The notes under the pieces are model-generated. The model was not told the origin of the DNA and searched no databases. It saw nothing but the letters and a program-made list of their open reading frames with translations. This document shows, in pieces, positions 55,016 to 63,945 of a DNA stretch of 64,000 nt (position 1 is its first letter; every line of letters begins with the position of its first letter). The DNA lies in the sequence record MK817115.1. One strand, written 5' to 3'. A program made the position numbers and the translations under genes.

Positions 55016-55377
55016 CAAAATCCACCCAGGGTAACTACGCCCAAAATCCGTCAGTACTATACCATAGATCTATCTTTTGAAAGGGAGTATTCAGTACTGC
55101 CATCATAGCCCTCACTATGTTACCCTAGGAGGATGAAGACTATCATGTAGTACTGAATACTGTTAGAGGGAATCCACCAGCACAAGCTGGTGGCATAATG
55201 CTTTAGATTAAAATCAGTACTGACACCATTCTGTTAATATCAGTACTGTTATTACGATTTTCATATGAGGTTCAAAAAGATGTACCACCACAGGAGGAAC
55301 TATCTTTTCTGTACTGTCTCACGACAGGAGGTAGAGTAAATGAATTGTTCGCAGCAACTCATCACCCTATGTAGAAC

Positions 55378-55405
55378 ATTATACAGTACTGAATCATAAT
55401 GTCAA
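55378..55405 (-). promoter_or_regulatory. class A-type promoter, no ORF downstream
   Basis: TTGACA-16-TATAAT-GTTCTACAT. Confidence 0.65.
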
Positions 55406-56033
55406 TAGCTTTCTTTCATTATTCAGTACTGATATTCTTGAGAACTACCCGACTACAAACATCATTATATCCCACAAATCATAAACGTCCCAACGTAAAT
55501 TTCAACTTTCGAAGATCCAACTTTTATTTCATAGGTACTCCAAAATTTTTAGGATCGAGATTTAGGATGGAGTACTAACCAACTTTTTGCTGGAGCCTCA
55601 AGGGGTAATGGAATTTTACCCCGAAGGGTAAAGGGGTAATTGAAATTAAGGTGAAAGTAATAATTCAGTACTAATCATTGCGTGATTACTTTTGATTACA
55701 TTTGATGTAATTTGAAAAATGGAAAAGGAGCTTGGAAACTACAAAGTACGGCAGACTTCCTCTGCCTACTTAGTGGCATATCAGTACTGAATCCTTCCCG
55801 TGCATTCTTGAGCATTCTTGTCTATACTAATCAGTACTGAATCATATATAATCATTCTGTGATTCTACGGTGCTCATATAAATGTTTATATATGATTACT
55901 TATGACTACCTATGATTACGGGGTTTAGCCTGGGGAGAATCCTAGTGATCGCATTTGTCCAGGCTGAATTTTAACAATTCGCCTGTACATAAAGGTTGTT
56001 CACTAGGAGCTTCCCCTGTCTCTATGTGTTTAA

Positions 56034-56225
56034 TTACTTTCTATATATAAGCATTAAGATATAGTAGTACTGATTATACTGTACATTCTCTTTAATATTA
56101 TAAGGGTCTATAGCAATCTCGGTACATCTGTTAAATGCATATCTATTAAATGCCAGTGGAATTATAGATCTAATCCATACTTGTTCATTTTCTTTTAGTT
56201 TACTTATATAGAAGTTTTTATACAT
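56034..56225 (-). CDS. (H/Y)KE(F/Y)Y-family ~60 aa protein
   Basis: MYKNFY...LMLIYRK. Confidence 0.8.
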   Translation of the reverse strand: MYKNFYISKLKENEQVWIRSIIPLAFNRYAFNRCTEIAIDPYNIKENVQYNQYYYILMLIYRK

Positions 56226-56240
56226 AGTATTCTCTATTAA

Positions 56241-56423
56241 TTAATATGATAGTACTAGTGTTAGTACTGAGCACAATTGTTCTTTATAGTTCTTAGGGTA
56301 TATAGAATCTTTTATGCACTCATTGAAGTGCCATAGGTATAATCTTGGGTCGCATTCTTTATATATTCTTACGGGGACGAATGTTAGTTTTCTTATATAG
56401 AATTCTTTATGTTCTTTATTCAT
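56241..56423 (-). CDS. (H/Y)KE(F/Y)Y-family ~60 aa protein
   Basis: EHKEFY...FNECIKDS. Confidence 0.8.
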   Translation of the reverse strand: MNKEHKEFYIRKLTFVPVRIYKECDPRLYLWHFNECIKDSIYPKNYKEQLCSVLTLVLSY

Positions 56424-56424
56424 A

Positions 56425-56613
56425 TTAGTACCTGAATATAAGTAGGATTATGTTATAGTACTGGTTAGTACTGCAATGATTCTCTATACATCGATTAACA
56501 GTTATGGAATAGCTATATCTGGCGTAAGCATTATCCAGCGGGATTTTACATTGAGCACTTAGAGAAAGTACAGTAGGTAGTGTATTCAAATAGAAGTCTT
56601 TGTAATTATTCAT
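56425..56613 (-). CDS. (H/Y)KE(F/Y)Y-family ~60 aa protein
   Basis: YKDFY...ILLIFRY. Confidence 0.8.
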   Translation of the reverse strand: MNNYKDFYLNTLPTVLSLSAQCKIPLDNAYARYSYSITVNRCIENHCSTNQYYNIILLIFRY

Positions 56614-56815
56614 ACAGGAATAGTATACCTATGATACCTGAGTACAGGTTAGTACTGTTACCATCTTCGTTTGCGTTTAAAGTCATTTGAATACAATTAT
56701 TGTAGCATACTCTGCCGAAAAATGTATTAGTACTTAAAGGTGGAGTAGTCCTTAGAAACATTTGTTCTGAGGGGCTTATGTATTTGGAGTAGAATTCTTT
56801 ATGTTCTTTATTCAT
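56606..56815 (-). CDS. (H/Y)KE(F/Y)Y-family protein, close paralog of 59618..59827
   Basis: EHKEFYSKY...STNTFFGR..YNNCI. Confidence 0.85.
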   Translation of the reverse strand: MNKEHKEFYSKYISPSEQMFLRTTPPLSTNTFFGRVCYNNCIQMTLNANEDGNSTNLYSGIIGILFLYE

Positions 56816-56820
56816 ATTAG

Positions 56821-57006
56821 TTAGTGTCTGTATATAAGTAATAGTAAGAATACGTACTGCACATCTTCATCTTTAGTATTGAGTACTGTACGTATTGCGT
56901 CATTAAACAAGAATATAGTACTTGGGTCATGAGAATTTAAAGGGGTTCTGGGTACGGCATGTTTGTAGTTCCCTTTAACAAATTGTGTGTAGTATTCTCT
57001 ATGCAT
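56821..57006 (-). CDS. (H/Y)KE(F/Y)Y-family ~60 aa protein
   Basis: MHREYY...LLLIYRH. Confidence 0.8.
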   Translation of the reverse strand: MHREYYTQFVKGNYKHAVPRTPLNSHDPSTIFLFNDAIRTVLNTKDEDVQYVFLLLLIYRH

Positions 57007-57007
57007 A

Positions 57008-57193
57008 TTAGTACCTATATATTAGGGCGATAATGTAGTACAATTCATATGGAATGTAATTTGGGGTGATCGCACACTGTGTATGGTAAATGAATTGTTC
57101 GGTATTTTTCTTATCCTTGATATCTATTGGGATTAGTGGTATAAGCATTTGGGAGTTTAGATCGAGATGGCTTAAGTAGAATTCTTTATGCAT
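57008..57193 (-). CDS. (H/Y)KE(F/Y)Y-family ~60 aa protein
   Basis: MHKEFY...IALIYRY. Confidence 0.8.
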   Translation of the reverse strand: MHKEFYLSHLDLNSQMLIPLIPIDIKDKKNTEQFIYHTQCAITPNYIPYELYYIIALIYRY

Positions 57194-57202
57194 ATTGTTC
57201 TT

Positions 57203-57391
57203 TTAGAATACGAAAGCTAGGTACAGGGTATGATACAGTACTCGATGATAGCTGTCAAAATCTAGTATACATGCTTTAGTGCACATAGTAAAGTACACTT
57301 TATCGTTTTGTGCATTGATACCGCGAGGTTTATCTAATAGATTAGTACTGAGGTACATTGGGAAATATTTTGTGTAGTATTCTTTATGCAT
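57203..57391 (-). CDS. (H/Y)KE(F/Y)Y-family ~60 aa protein
   Basis: Start trimmed to MHKEYY. Confidence 0.8.
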   Translation of the reverse strand: MHKEYYTKYFPMYLSTNLLDKPRGINAQNDKVYFTMCTKACILDFDSYHRVLYHTLYLAFVF

Positions 57392-57392
57392 A

Positions 57393-57575
57393 TTAGTACC
57401 TGAATATAAGTAGGATAGTGTTATATAGCTGGTCATAACTACTACTATTTTCTATACTTCGTTCTATGCAGTTATTGAATCCCAGTACTGCCAAATCGTT
57501 ATCCATAGGGACTTTGTATCTGGCGTAGTGTTCAAAAATGCTGGGGAGAAATTGTGTGTAGTATTCTTTGTGCAT
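57393..57575 (-). CDS. (H/Y)KE(F/Y)Y-family ~60 aa protein
   Basis: MHKEYY...ILLIFRY. Confidence 0.8.
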   Translation of the reverse strand: MHKEYYTQFLPSIFEHYARYKVPMDNDLAVLGFNNCIERSIENSSSYDQLYNTILLIFRY

Positions 57576-57576
57576 A

Positions 57577-57762
57577 TTAGTACCTATATATTAGTAAAAG
57601 GATGTGATACAGTACTCGATTATAGTCTTCAATATATATCGAGGATTTAGTGCACTGAATGAAGTAGTCTTTTTCGTAGTTTTTTTCTATACCCAATGGT
57701 TCTGTTGGTACAAGGTGTTGGAGATACATTGGGAGTTTCTCTATGTAGTATTCTTTATACAT
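57577..57762 (-). CDS. (H/Y)KE(F/Y)Y-family ~60 aa protein
   Basis: MYKEYY...LLLIYRY. Confidence 0.8.
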   Translation of the reverse strand: MYKEYYIEKLPMYLQHLVPTEPLGIEKNYEKDYFIQCTKSSIYIEDYNRVLYHILLLIYRY

Positions 57763-57771
57763 ATATTATCC

Positions 57772-57972
57772 TTAGTACTGGAACGCAAGGTACAGGGTGT
57801 GGTAAAGTTGTACTTGATAATTGTTTTCATTAGCTTCTTCATTAAGTACTTGTTCAGTACATGTACGGAAGTAATCAGCTTCATATATACAGTCAATACC
57901 GCGAGGTTCATCTTCTAATAGATTTCCTTGTAGAAACTTTGGTAGTTCTTTTATGTAGAATTCTTTATACAT
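57772..57972 (-). CDS. (H/Y)KE(F/Y)Y-family ~60 aa protein
   Basis: Start trimmed to MYKEFY. Confidence 0.8.
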   Translation of the reverse strand: MYKEFYIKELPKFLQGNLLEDEPRGIDCIYEADYFRTCTEQVLNEEANENNYQVQLYHTLYLAFQY

Positions 57973-58636
57973 AGTTTGTAATATACGTAATGAGGTGATG
58001 CATTTTCTTATCAGTACTGATAATTTCCTGTACATGTTTTGTCAGATTGTACGCGTTTTTATAGAGTACTGGATTATCGATTACAGTACTGTACATGAAT
58101 AGTTCTTCTTCCTGTAGTTCTTTGTGTTCTAGTTCTTTGAGGAATTCTACAATTGATTTAGTTTCTTCTGTACGTTGTGCTTGCCAGAAGTGCATATTCT
58201 CGTGTACTTTTTTTGCACCTATACTGTATATACCACCCATTTGGAATTGTGCTGTATTGACATCGTGGGAGGTGTTACAATTCCCGAAGAAGTATGTATT
58301 CCCGAAGTATAGCATTAAAGTGCACGGGGTATTATCCAACTGCATATGGATGATGAAGGATGCGTTCTTTAGTACCTTTGTGCTCGTATTAGTACTCAAT
58401 ACTTTTAAATCAGTATTATAGATATTCATATAATGAACAGCTATATTATTTTTCTTCATGTACAATCCCAGGTTCTTTGATACGTTAACTCCATTTGTAC
58501 TGGATTTTTCCTTTTTATTTCGTTTCTTTAGTACATTCGGGTGATACGTATATGCAGATGTAACTGATTCTGCCTGAATACTATTGAGGTACTTAAAGTG
58601 CTTAAGGTATTGTTTGCTGTGTGCATTAAGTTTCAT
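57965..58636 (-). CDS. FQxS-family-like protein (outlier)
   Basis: EEELFMYSTVID. Confidence 0.8.
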   Translation of the reverse strand: MKLNAHSKQYLKHFKYLNSIQAESVTSAYTYHPNVLKKRNKKEKSSTNGVNVSKNLGLYMKKNNIAVHYMNIYNTDLKVLSTNTSTKVLKNASFIIHMQLDNTPCTLMLYFGNTYFFGNCNTSHDVNTAQFQMGGIYSIGAKKVHENMHFWQAQRTEETKSIVEFLKELEHKELQEEELFMYSTVIDNPVLYKNAYNLTKHVQEIISTDKKMHHLITYITNYV

Positions 58637-58646
58637 TTGGTTTCCT

Positions 58647-58826
58647 TTATATAGATGCCAGGGCGAGGATTTCCCTGTAGGGATTATCTTGTGTTAGTAC
58701 AGCATAAATGCAGTTATTGAGATTAATATTTTTAGTACTTTTTGTTCCTAGTTTGTAGTACTTCACGAAGGTGTCGTACATGAAACGGTCTTTTATGGTT
58801 ATACGTTCTCTATAGAATTGTTGCAT
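58647..58826 (-). CDS. (H/Y)KE(F/Y)Y-family protein (59 aa, below cutoff)
   Basis: Hand-translated MQQFYRERIT...NNCIYAVLT...YREILALASI. Confidence 0.7.
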   Translation of the reverse strand: MQQFYRERITIKDRFMYDTFVKYYKLGTKSTKNINLNNCIYAVLTQDNPYREILALASI

Positions 58827-58834
58827 AGTATTCC

Positions 58835-59017
58835 TTAAATAGCGATTAGTTTCATTACTTCTCTGTATGTGTACTTTTCGTTTTGTGCATCTCTTGTGAC
58901 GACATATAGGAAGGTGTGTTTATCTTTTTTGTTCCCGCAATTGTAGAAAATATTGAACTTATTGAAGTTGAATCTTTCGGCGTGTTGTAGTTTAGTTAAA
59001 TAGAATTCTATGTTCAT
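58835..59017 (-). CDS. (H/Y)KE(F/Y)Y-family ~60 aa protein
   Basis: MNIEFY...YTYREVMKLI. Confidence 0.8.
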   Translation of the reverse strand: MNIEFYLTKLQHAERFNFNKFNIFYNCGNKKDKHTFLYVVTRDAQNEKYTYREVMKLIAI

Positions 59018-59025
59018 TTTCTTCC

Positions 59026-59211
59026 TTACATTTCAATAAGTTTCAGTACTGCTCGGTACGTGTACTTAGTTGTCAGTGCTTCTTTAATAGAAATACAGAA
59101 GTAATGTTGTTTGTCTCTTATACTGCCGCGTTTGTAGTACCACACATGGGAGTTGTGACTGTACTTGTCTCTGTCGGATAGTTGTTGGTAGTAGTAGCTT
59201 ATATGATTCAT
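59026..59211 (-). CDS. (H/Y)KE(F/Y)Y-family ~60 aa protein
   Basis: HISYY...YTYRAVLKLI. Confidence 0.8.
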   Translation of the reverse strand: MNHISYYYQQLSDRDKYSHNSHVWYYKRGSIRDKQHYFCISIKEALTTKYTYRAVLKLIEM

Positions 59212-59420
59212 TATAATGTAATTAGCCTTACTATATTAAAGTACTCGGTCCCTGGTGTACCTTGTAGTATATTACGCACGACATTTTTTTGGTGCTGGAT
59301 GATTGCTGAAGGTGCGGTTCTTTTTAGTTTTTTTAAAGTACTGAATTCTTGTTTAAGTATGAACTGTACATCTTTAGGGAGAATATCTATGTAGTACTGA
59401 TGAATGTTTGTAGTTTTCAT
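59211..59420 (-). CDS. (H/Y)KE(F/Y)Y-family-like protein
   Basis: IHQYYIDILP...VVRNILQG..YFNIVRLI. Confidence 0.8.
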   Translation of the reverse strand: MKTTNIHQYYIDILPKDVQFILKQEFSTLKKLKRTAPSAIIQHQKNVVRNILQGTPGTEYFNIVRLITL

Positions 59421-59430
59421 ATAGCACCTT

Positions 59431-59625
59431 TTAGAACTTAAAGATGAGGTTCAGGATAGAGCGGTACTTAGTTTCAGGGAACTGATGTTCTATTGCATAA
59501 CGTGTCGCCATCCTGAAATCGTAATTGTAATATAGATTATCCTTTCTCATAGGTGGTGCTAAAGAGAATGATAGCTGGTCTTGCTTGTGTAGTTTACTAC
59601 CATAGAAATCTTTATGATTATTCAT
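59431..59625 (-). CDS. (H/Y)KE(F/Y)Y-family ~60 aa protein
   Basis: HKDFY...YRSILNLIFKF. Confidence 0.8.
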   Translation of the reverse strand: MNNHKDFYGSKLHKQDQLSFSLAPPMRKDNLYYNYDFRMATRYAIEHQFPETKYRSILNLIFKF

Positions 59626-59827
59626 AGAAGTAGATTAGTCCTATTAAACCTGAGTACATAATATTTTTGTTATTGCATTCGATTGCTTCTAGAGTACTAC
59701 GTATACAATTATTAAAGCAATCTCTACCGAAGTGAGTATTGGTACTTACAGGTGATACACTCCTTAGAAACAATTGTTCTTCGTTGCTAAGGTATTTGGT
59801 GTAGAATTCTTTATGTTCAGTATTCAT
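59618..59827 (-). CDS. (H/Y)KE(F/Y)Y-family protein, close paralog of 56606..56815
   Basis: EHKEFYTKY...STNTHFGR..FNNCI. Confidence 0.85.
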   Translation of the reverse strand: MNTEHKEFYTKYLSNEEQLFLRSVSPVSTNTHFGRDCFNNCIRSTLEAIECNNKNIMYSGLIGLIYFYE

Positions 59828-59828
59828 A

Positions 59829-60032
59829 TTAGTACTCGATTAAAAGGGCAAGGATATAATAGTATTGCATACTTTCTGCCCCTTGTAAAGCATTTCTTAT
59901 GATATTATTCCTGTACGAGTTCAGGAGTTTAGGACAACGTTTGTAGTGTATAATAGTATTTTGTGTATACAGTAGGCTTTCTCGTAGACCTTTTGTTGGT
60001 AGTGCATCGATGTAGTACTGTTCGATATTCAT
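59829..60032 (-). CDS. (H/Y)KE(F/Y)Y-family-like protein
   Basis: IEQYYIDALP...IIRNALQG. Confidence 0.8.
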   Translation of the reverse strand: MNIEQYYIDALPTKGLRESLLYTQNTIIHYKRCPKLLNSYRNNIIRNALQGAESMQYYYILALLIEY

Positions 60033-60256
60033 ATAGATAGCAGTACTAAGATTTTTGATAATTGTTTATTGCTATCCCCGCAGATGTTGCTGTGTAAAAT
60101 ACTCACAATGAGGGTATCAATTGCATTGTTCATCATAAGGGTGCATCCTGGACTATTATAATTTTTTAGCTCAATTAGCCACGAACTATCCGAGAGAAAC
60201 TCCCCGTACTCTAGTTCATTTAGAGTATTGAGGTAGTACTTAAGAGTATTTGTCAT
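60029..60256 (-). CDS. (H/Y)KE(F/Y)Y-family-like protein
   Basis: LKYYLNTL...NNAIDTL; AGGAG RBS. Confidence 0.75.
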   Translation of the reverse strand: MTNTLKYYLNTLNELEYGEFLSDSSWLIELKNYNSPGCTLMMNNAIDTLIVSILHSNICGDSNKQLSKILVLLSI

Positions 60257-60281
60257 GTGTAGTTCTCCTTATATTCCTTCT

Positions 60282-60310
60282 ATAGTACAACAGTACTGAA
60301 AGGATGTCAA
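60282..60310 (-). promoter_or_regulatory. sigma70 promoter driving the 56-60 kb array
   Basis: TTGACA-17-TACTAT, AGTACT in spacer. Confidence 0.7.
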
Positions 60311-60358
60311 GGGTTTTCTTTATGGGGTAAATATGATATAATGAATAAGGAGGGATTT

Positions 60359-61507
60359 ATGTTACCTTTTGCAAGAATGATTAAGTACGGGAATATTGCC
60401 CCTGGTGATGATGGACGTTTTAAAATATATTCCAGTGATTCCATGTATCTTCATGATACTTATACTGATAAGTTGTATGCATCTTCTGCGACGAATTGGG
60501 GTACTGGTACAGGTGTAGCATCGAGTAAATTTATTCTTTGTGCGGAGAATGTTAAACGAGTTCTATTGGAAGATAACAGTAGTGATTGTCAATTGTACGA
60601 AGAGAAAGGTACGGGAAAAGTTTTTATCACTGGCAACACGAAGGCATTCACTGGTGTAACTGATAGAAAAACTTTGTGGACGGACTGTACTACATGGATA
60701 ACATCAGGTGGTATTAATGTTTCTGATATAAAATACATGAGTAGTTTTTATGATATGAAGGTGAATTTGATAACAAACGATGGTACATTGTATTGTTGTG
60801 GAGCTAACAATATATCGAACATATCATCATTTGGTGATGGCACAAACATTAATTCTTTTAACACATTCAAAAGAGTAGATACTATAACTTCGGTTAAAAA
60901 GGCAGTTGGTAACATTTATTTGCGAGAAGATAATACTTTATGGGGTTGTGGTTTTAACTATTACTACCAGTTGGGTACGGGTAATCAAACTTCTATTACT
61001 GGGGTGACGATGATTTCTTCGGATGTTATAGATTTTAATGTAAGTTATCAGAGTACATTTTTTATCAAATCGGATAATAATTTGTACGCTTGTGGTAAAC
61101 AGTTCGGTGCACAATATGGGAACGAATTTGGTACAGGTGGTACTTCTACATCTACAGATATACAATATAAAACTCCGACATTATTGAGTTCAGGAGTTTA
61201 TACTCTATATACTTGTGTTGGTAACATGGCATCACATATTGTCAAAGCAGATGAAGTTCTATATGCTTCTGGAACGAATGGGTTTGGGCAATTAGGTGTT
61301 GGTAATAATAATAATCAGTACTCCTATACTCCTTCTTATACTTCTTTTAATAGTTCGTGTGATTTGGTACGCAGTCCATCTGGATCACTTATACTTACGG
61401 ATACTGGAAAATTATATTATTGTGGCATTGCAATAGTAGTAATGGGTGGTATTTCTGGACAGAACGTTCTTAATTATACAGAAGTAGATATGTCATTTAT
61501 ACAATGA
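60359..61507 (+). CDS. RCC1/BLIP-II-like beta-propeller protein
   Basis: LWGCGFNYYYQLGTGN and LYASGTNGFGQLGVGN repeats; start at MLPFARM after AAGGAGG. Confidence 0.85.
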   Translation: MLPFARMIKYGNIAPGDDGRFKIYSSDSMYLHDTYTDKLYASSATNWGTGTGVASSKFILCAENVKRVLLEDNSSDCQLYEEKGTGKVFITGNTKAFTGVTDRKTLWTDCTTWITSGGINVSDIKYMSSFYDMKVNLITNDGTLYCCGANNISNISSFGDGTNINSFNTFKRVDTITSVKKAVGNIYLREDNTLWGCGFNYYYQLGTGNQTSITGVTMISSDVIDFNVSYQSTFFIKSDNNLYACGKQFGAQYGNEFGTGGTSTSTDIQYKTPTLLSSGVYTLYTCVGNMASHIVKADEVLYASGTNGFGQLGVGNNNNQYSYTPSYTSFNSSCDLVRSPSGSLILTDTGKLYYCGIAIVVMGGISGQNVLNYTEVDMSFIQ

Positions 61508-61515
61508 ATTAATAT

Positions 61516-61579
61516 GCCAGTACTTGATACTGGCTTTTCTTTTTGTATTAAATATAGTATAATGAATAAAGGAGGAATT
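61516..61579 (+). promoter_or_regulatory. terminator-promoter-RBS cassette, copy 1
   Basis: GCCAGTA-CTTGA-TACTGGC-TTTTCTTTTT-GTATTAAATATAGTATAATGAATAAAGGAGG. Confidence 0.85.
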
Positions 61580-62722
61580 ATGTTACCTTTTGCAAGAATG
61601 GTTAAGTACGGGAATATTGCACCTGCACAAATCGGTAGATATAAAATATACAGTTCATCTTCTTCACTATTTTTATTGGATACCCAAAAACACAATTTGT
61701 ACAGTACATCGAACATTAATTATACTAGTGGTACAGGTAATGTTGAGCCTAAATTTGTGTTAAGTGCAACTAATGTTAAAAGATTATTACTATCTGATAA
61801 TAGTTGTGCAATGCAAATATATGAAGATATGAATGGGCGTGCAGCGATGTGTGGCACAAGAACTGCATATAGTGGGGTTGCAAATGATAATGTACTGGTA
61901 TGGACGGATTGCACTACATGGTTCACAAATGTAGGGTTGAATGTATCAGATATTCAGTACATGTCTGGTTTTTATAATCTGAAACTAAACATAGTTATGA
62001 ATAATGGTGATTTGTGGTGTAGTGGGAAAAACAACACTACTACTATGTCATCATTTGGTAATAGCACAAATATCGATTCATTCAATCAGTTTACCAAAAT
62101 AACAACAATATCAAATGTTATTAAAGCCACCGGGAATATATACTTATGTGCAGATAATACTTTATGGGGATGTGGTTTTAACTCTTACTATCAGTTAGGG
62201 ACAGGTAATCAAACATCCAGTATTAATTTGATTATGATGGCTTCTAATGTTATCGACTGTAATGTTGGTCTTCAAAATACTTATTACTTGACTAATAATA
62301 AAGAACTTTATGGATGTGGTACACAATTTGGTACAACTTACGGGAATGAATTTGGAACAGGAAGGCAGGGAACATCAATACAATATAAGACTCCTACTAT
62401 AATTTTCACAAATGCAGATGGTCTGGCTGTTTGTGTCGGTAATATGTCTACTCATGTTATTCAATATGATAAAGTTTTTAGTTCTGGTAATAATGCCCTT
62501 GCACAGTTGGGTGTAGGCAACCGTGACAATGTGTACACATATACACAATCATTTGATAATTTCAAAATGGATTCTTCTATAGTACGTGCAAACGTTGGAA
62601 CATTGATAATGACAGCGGACAATAAGTTATATTACAGTGGGAGAAATGATGTTGTTATGGGTGGAACAAGCACACAATACACGACGGTTTTCAGTGAAGT
62701 TAATATGTCATTTATACAATGA
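61580..62722 (+). CDS. RCC1/BLIP-II-like beta-propeller protein
   Basis: Close paralog of 60359..61507; start trimmed to MLPFARM. Confidence 0.85.
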   Translation: MLPFARMVKYGNIAPAQIGRYKIYSSSSSLFLLDTQKHNLYSTSNINYTSGTGNVEPKFVLSATNVKRLLLSDNSCAMQIYEDMNGRAAMCGTRTAYSGVANDNVLVWTDCTTWFTNVGLNVSDIQYMSGFYNLKLNIVMNNGDLWCSGKNNTTTMSSFGNSTNIDSFNQFTKITTISNVIKATGNIYLCADNTLWGCGFNSYYQLGTGNQTSSINLIMMASNVIDCNVGLQNTYYLTNNKELYGCGTQFGTTYGNEFGTGRQGTSIQYKTPTIIFTNADGLAVCVGNMSTHVIQYDKVFSSGNNALAQLGVGNRDNVYTYTQSFDNFKMDSSIVRANVGTLIMTADNKLYYSGRNDVVMGGTSTQYTTVFSEVNMSFIQ

Positions 62723-62728
62723 ATTAAT

Positions 62729-62794
62729 GCCAGTACTTGATACTGGCTTTTCTTTTTTGTATTAAATATAGTATAATGAATAAAGGAGGGAATT
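62729..62794 (+). promoter_or_regulatory. terminator-promoter-RBS cassette, copy 2
   Basis: Same as copy 1 apart from T/G-tract length. Confidence 0.85.
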
Positions 62795-63937
62795 ATGTTA
62801 CCTTTTGCAAGAATGGTTAAGTACGGAAATGAAGCACCAGAACCAAAACCTCTATTTAAAAATAGATTACAAGCAAATTATAATACTCGTTTTTATTTGC
62901 ATGTTAATGGTGACTTGTACTGGTATGGTTCATCTTCATTTGGACAAGGTGGTAATGGTTCATTACAATCATCCACCGTATGGACCCGTGTGAATAATAA
63001 TATTGAACGTTACTGGGGTGGTGTTCTTGGTTCCATTGCCATTAAGAATGATGGAACTATTTGGTTCACAGGTGCTAGTATAGTAATGCCACAAATCGGA
63101 ACAAATACAAATGGGGTTTGGATTGATGTAACCCAGTACTTCACTGATTTTGGTGTCAGTGCTGATGATATTGATGGTATTGCTGTTGGACAGAATTTGC
63201 GTGTATTTTTGAAAAATGGAAAATGGTTCTACTGTGGTGCTGGCGAGGGTGGTGTATTTGGTAACGCATCAACAGCTAATGTCACATCGTTCAGATACAG
63301 CACTATAGAAAATGTTAAAAGTTATGGCTGTTCTTTGCTCAGTACTGGGTTAGTTCTTGATGATGGTTCCTATTGGTATGCAGGAAATACTGTTGCTCCT
63401 GGTAGTACAACAACATCAAATATATTAAGTTTTACAAAAGACAATACGATCACCAATGCTATACAAGCTGTAAATACATACCGTACTTCATATATATTTC
63501 TTAATGATGGTTCAGTGAAGGTTGCTTCACCAAATGCATATGGTCAAGCTGGTGTAGGTAGAGTATCAGCAGTACCAATGAGTACATTAATTCCCAATTT
63601 ATCATTCCAAGGTGAAATAGAGTTGGTGGGTGGTTTATCCAACAACGAAGGGAATGGATGTGTTGTTAAAAATAATAATAAGTTATATACTTGTGGTCGA
63701 AATACCTATGGTGCATGTGGTGTTAATCAAACATCCGAAAATATACTAACTTTCACCGAAATGGTTCTTGATGCATTAGAAGGAAGACGAATTTCAGGCT
63801 TCGTAATTGATAATTTCTATTCAATGATAATTGATGAAAATAACAATTTGTATATGAGTGGTTTGGCTGAACTTGGAAATGTTCCAGCCGTGAGAGTTCC
63901 AACCAGAGTCCCCGATTCCCTTCTACCGTGGAAATAA
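62795..63937 (+). CDS. RCC1/BLIP-II-like beta-propeller protein (more divergent)
   Basis: LYWYGSSSFGQGGNG, LYTCGRNTYGACGVN; MLPFARMVKYGN start. Confidence 0.85.
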   Translation: MLPFARMVKYGNEAPEPKPLFKNRLQANYNTRFYLHVNGDLYWYGSSSFGQGGNGSLQSSTVWTRVNNNIERYWGGVLGSIAIKNDGTIWFTGASIVMPQIGTNTNGVWIDVTQYFTDFGVSADDIDGIAVGQNLRVFLKNGKWFYCGAGEGGVFGNASTANVTSFRYSTIENVKSYGCSLLSTGLVLDDGSYWYAGNTVAPGSTTTSNILSFTKDNTITNAIQAVNTYRTSYIFLNDGSVKVASPNAYGQAGVGRVSAVPMSTLIPNLSFQGEIELVGGLSNNEGNGCVVKNNNKLYTCGRNTYGACGVNQTSENILTFTEMVLDALEGRRISGFVIDNFYSMIIDENNNLYMSGLAELGNVPAVRVPTRVPDSLLPWK

Positions 63938-63945
63938 TGTAATAT

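Noticed and set aside
61514-61579. N-terminal extension MPVLDTGF... of the second RCC1 ORF (and MNKEGF at 60341)
   Set aside because: It is read through the terminator/promoter cassette; AGGAGG precedes MLPFARM in all copies.
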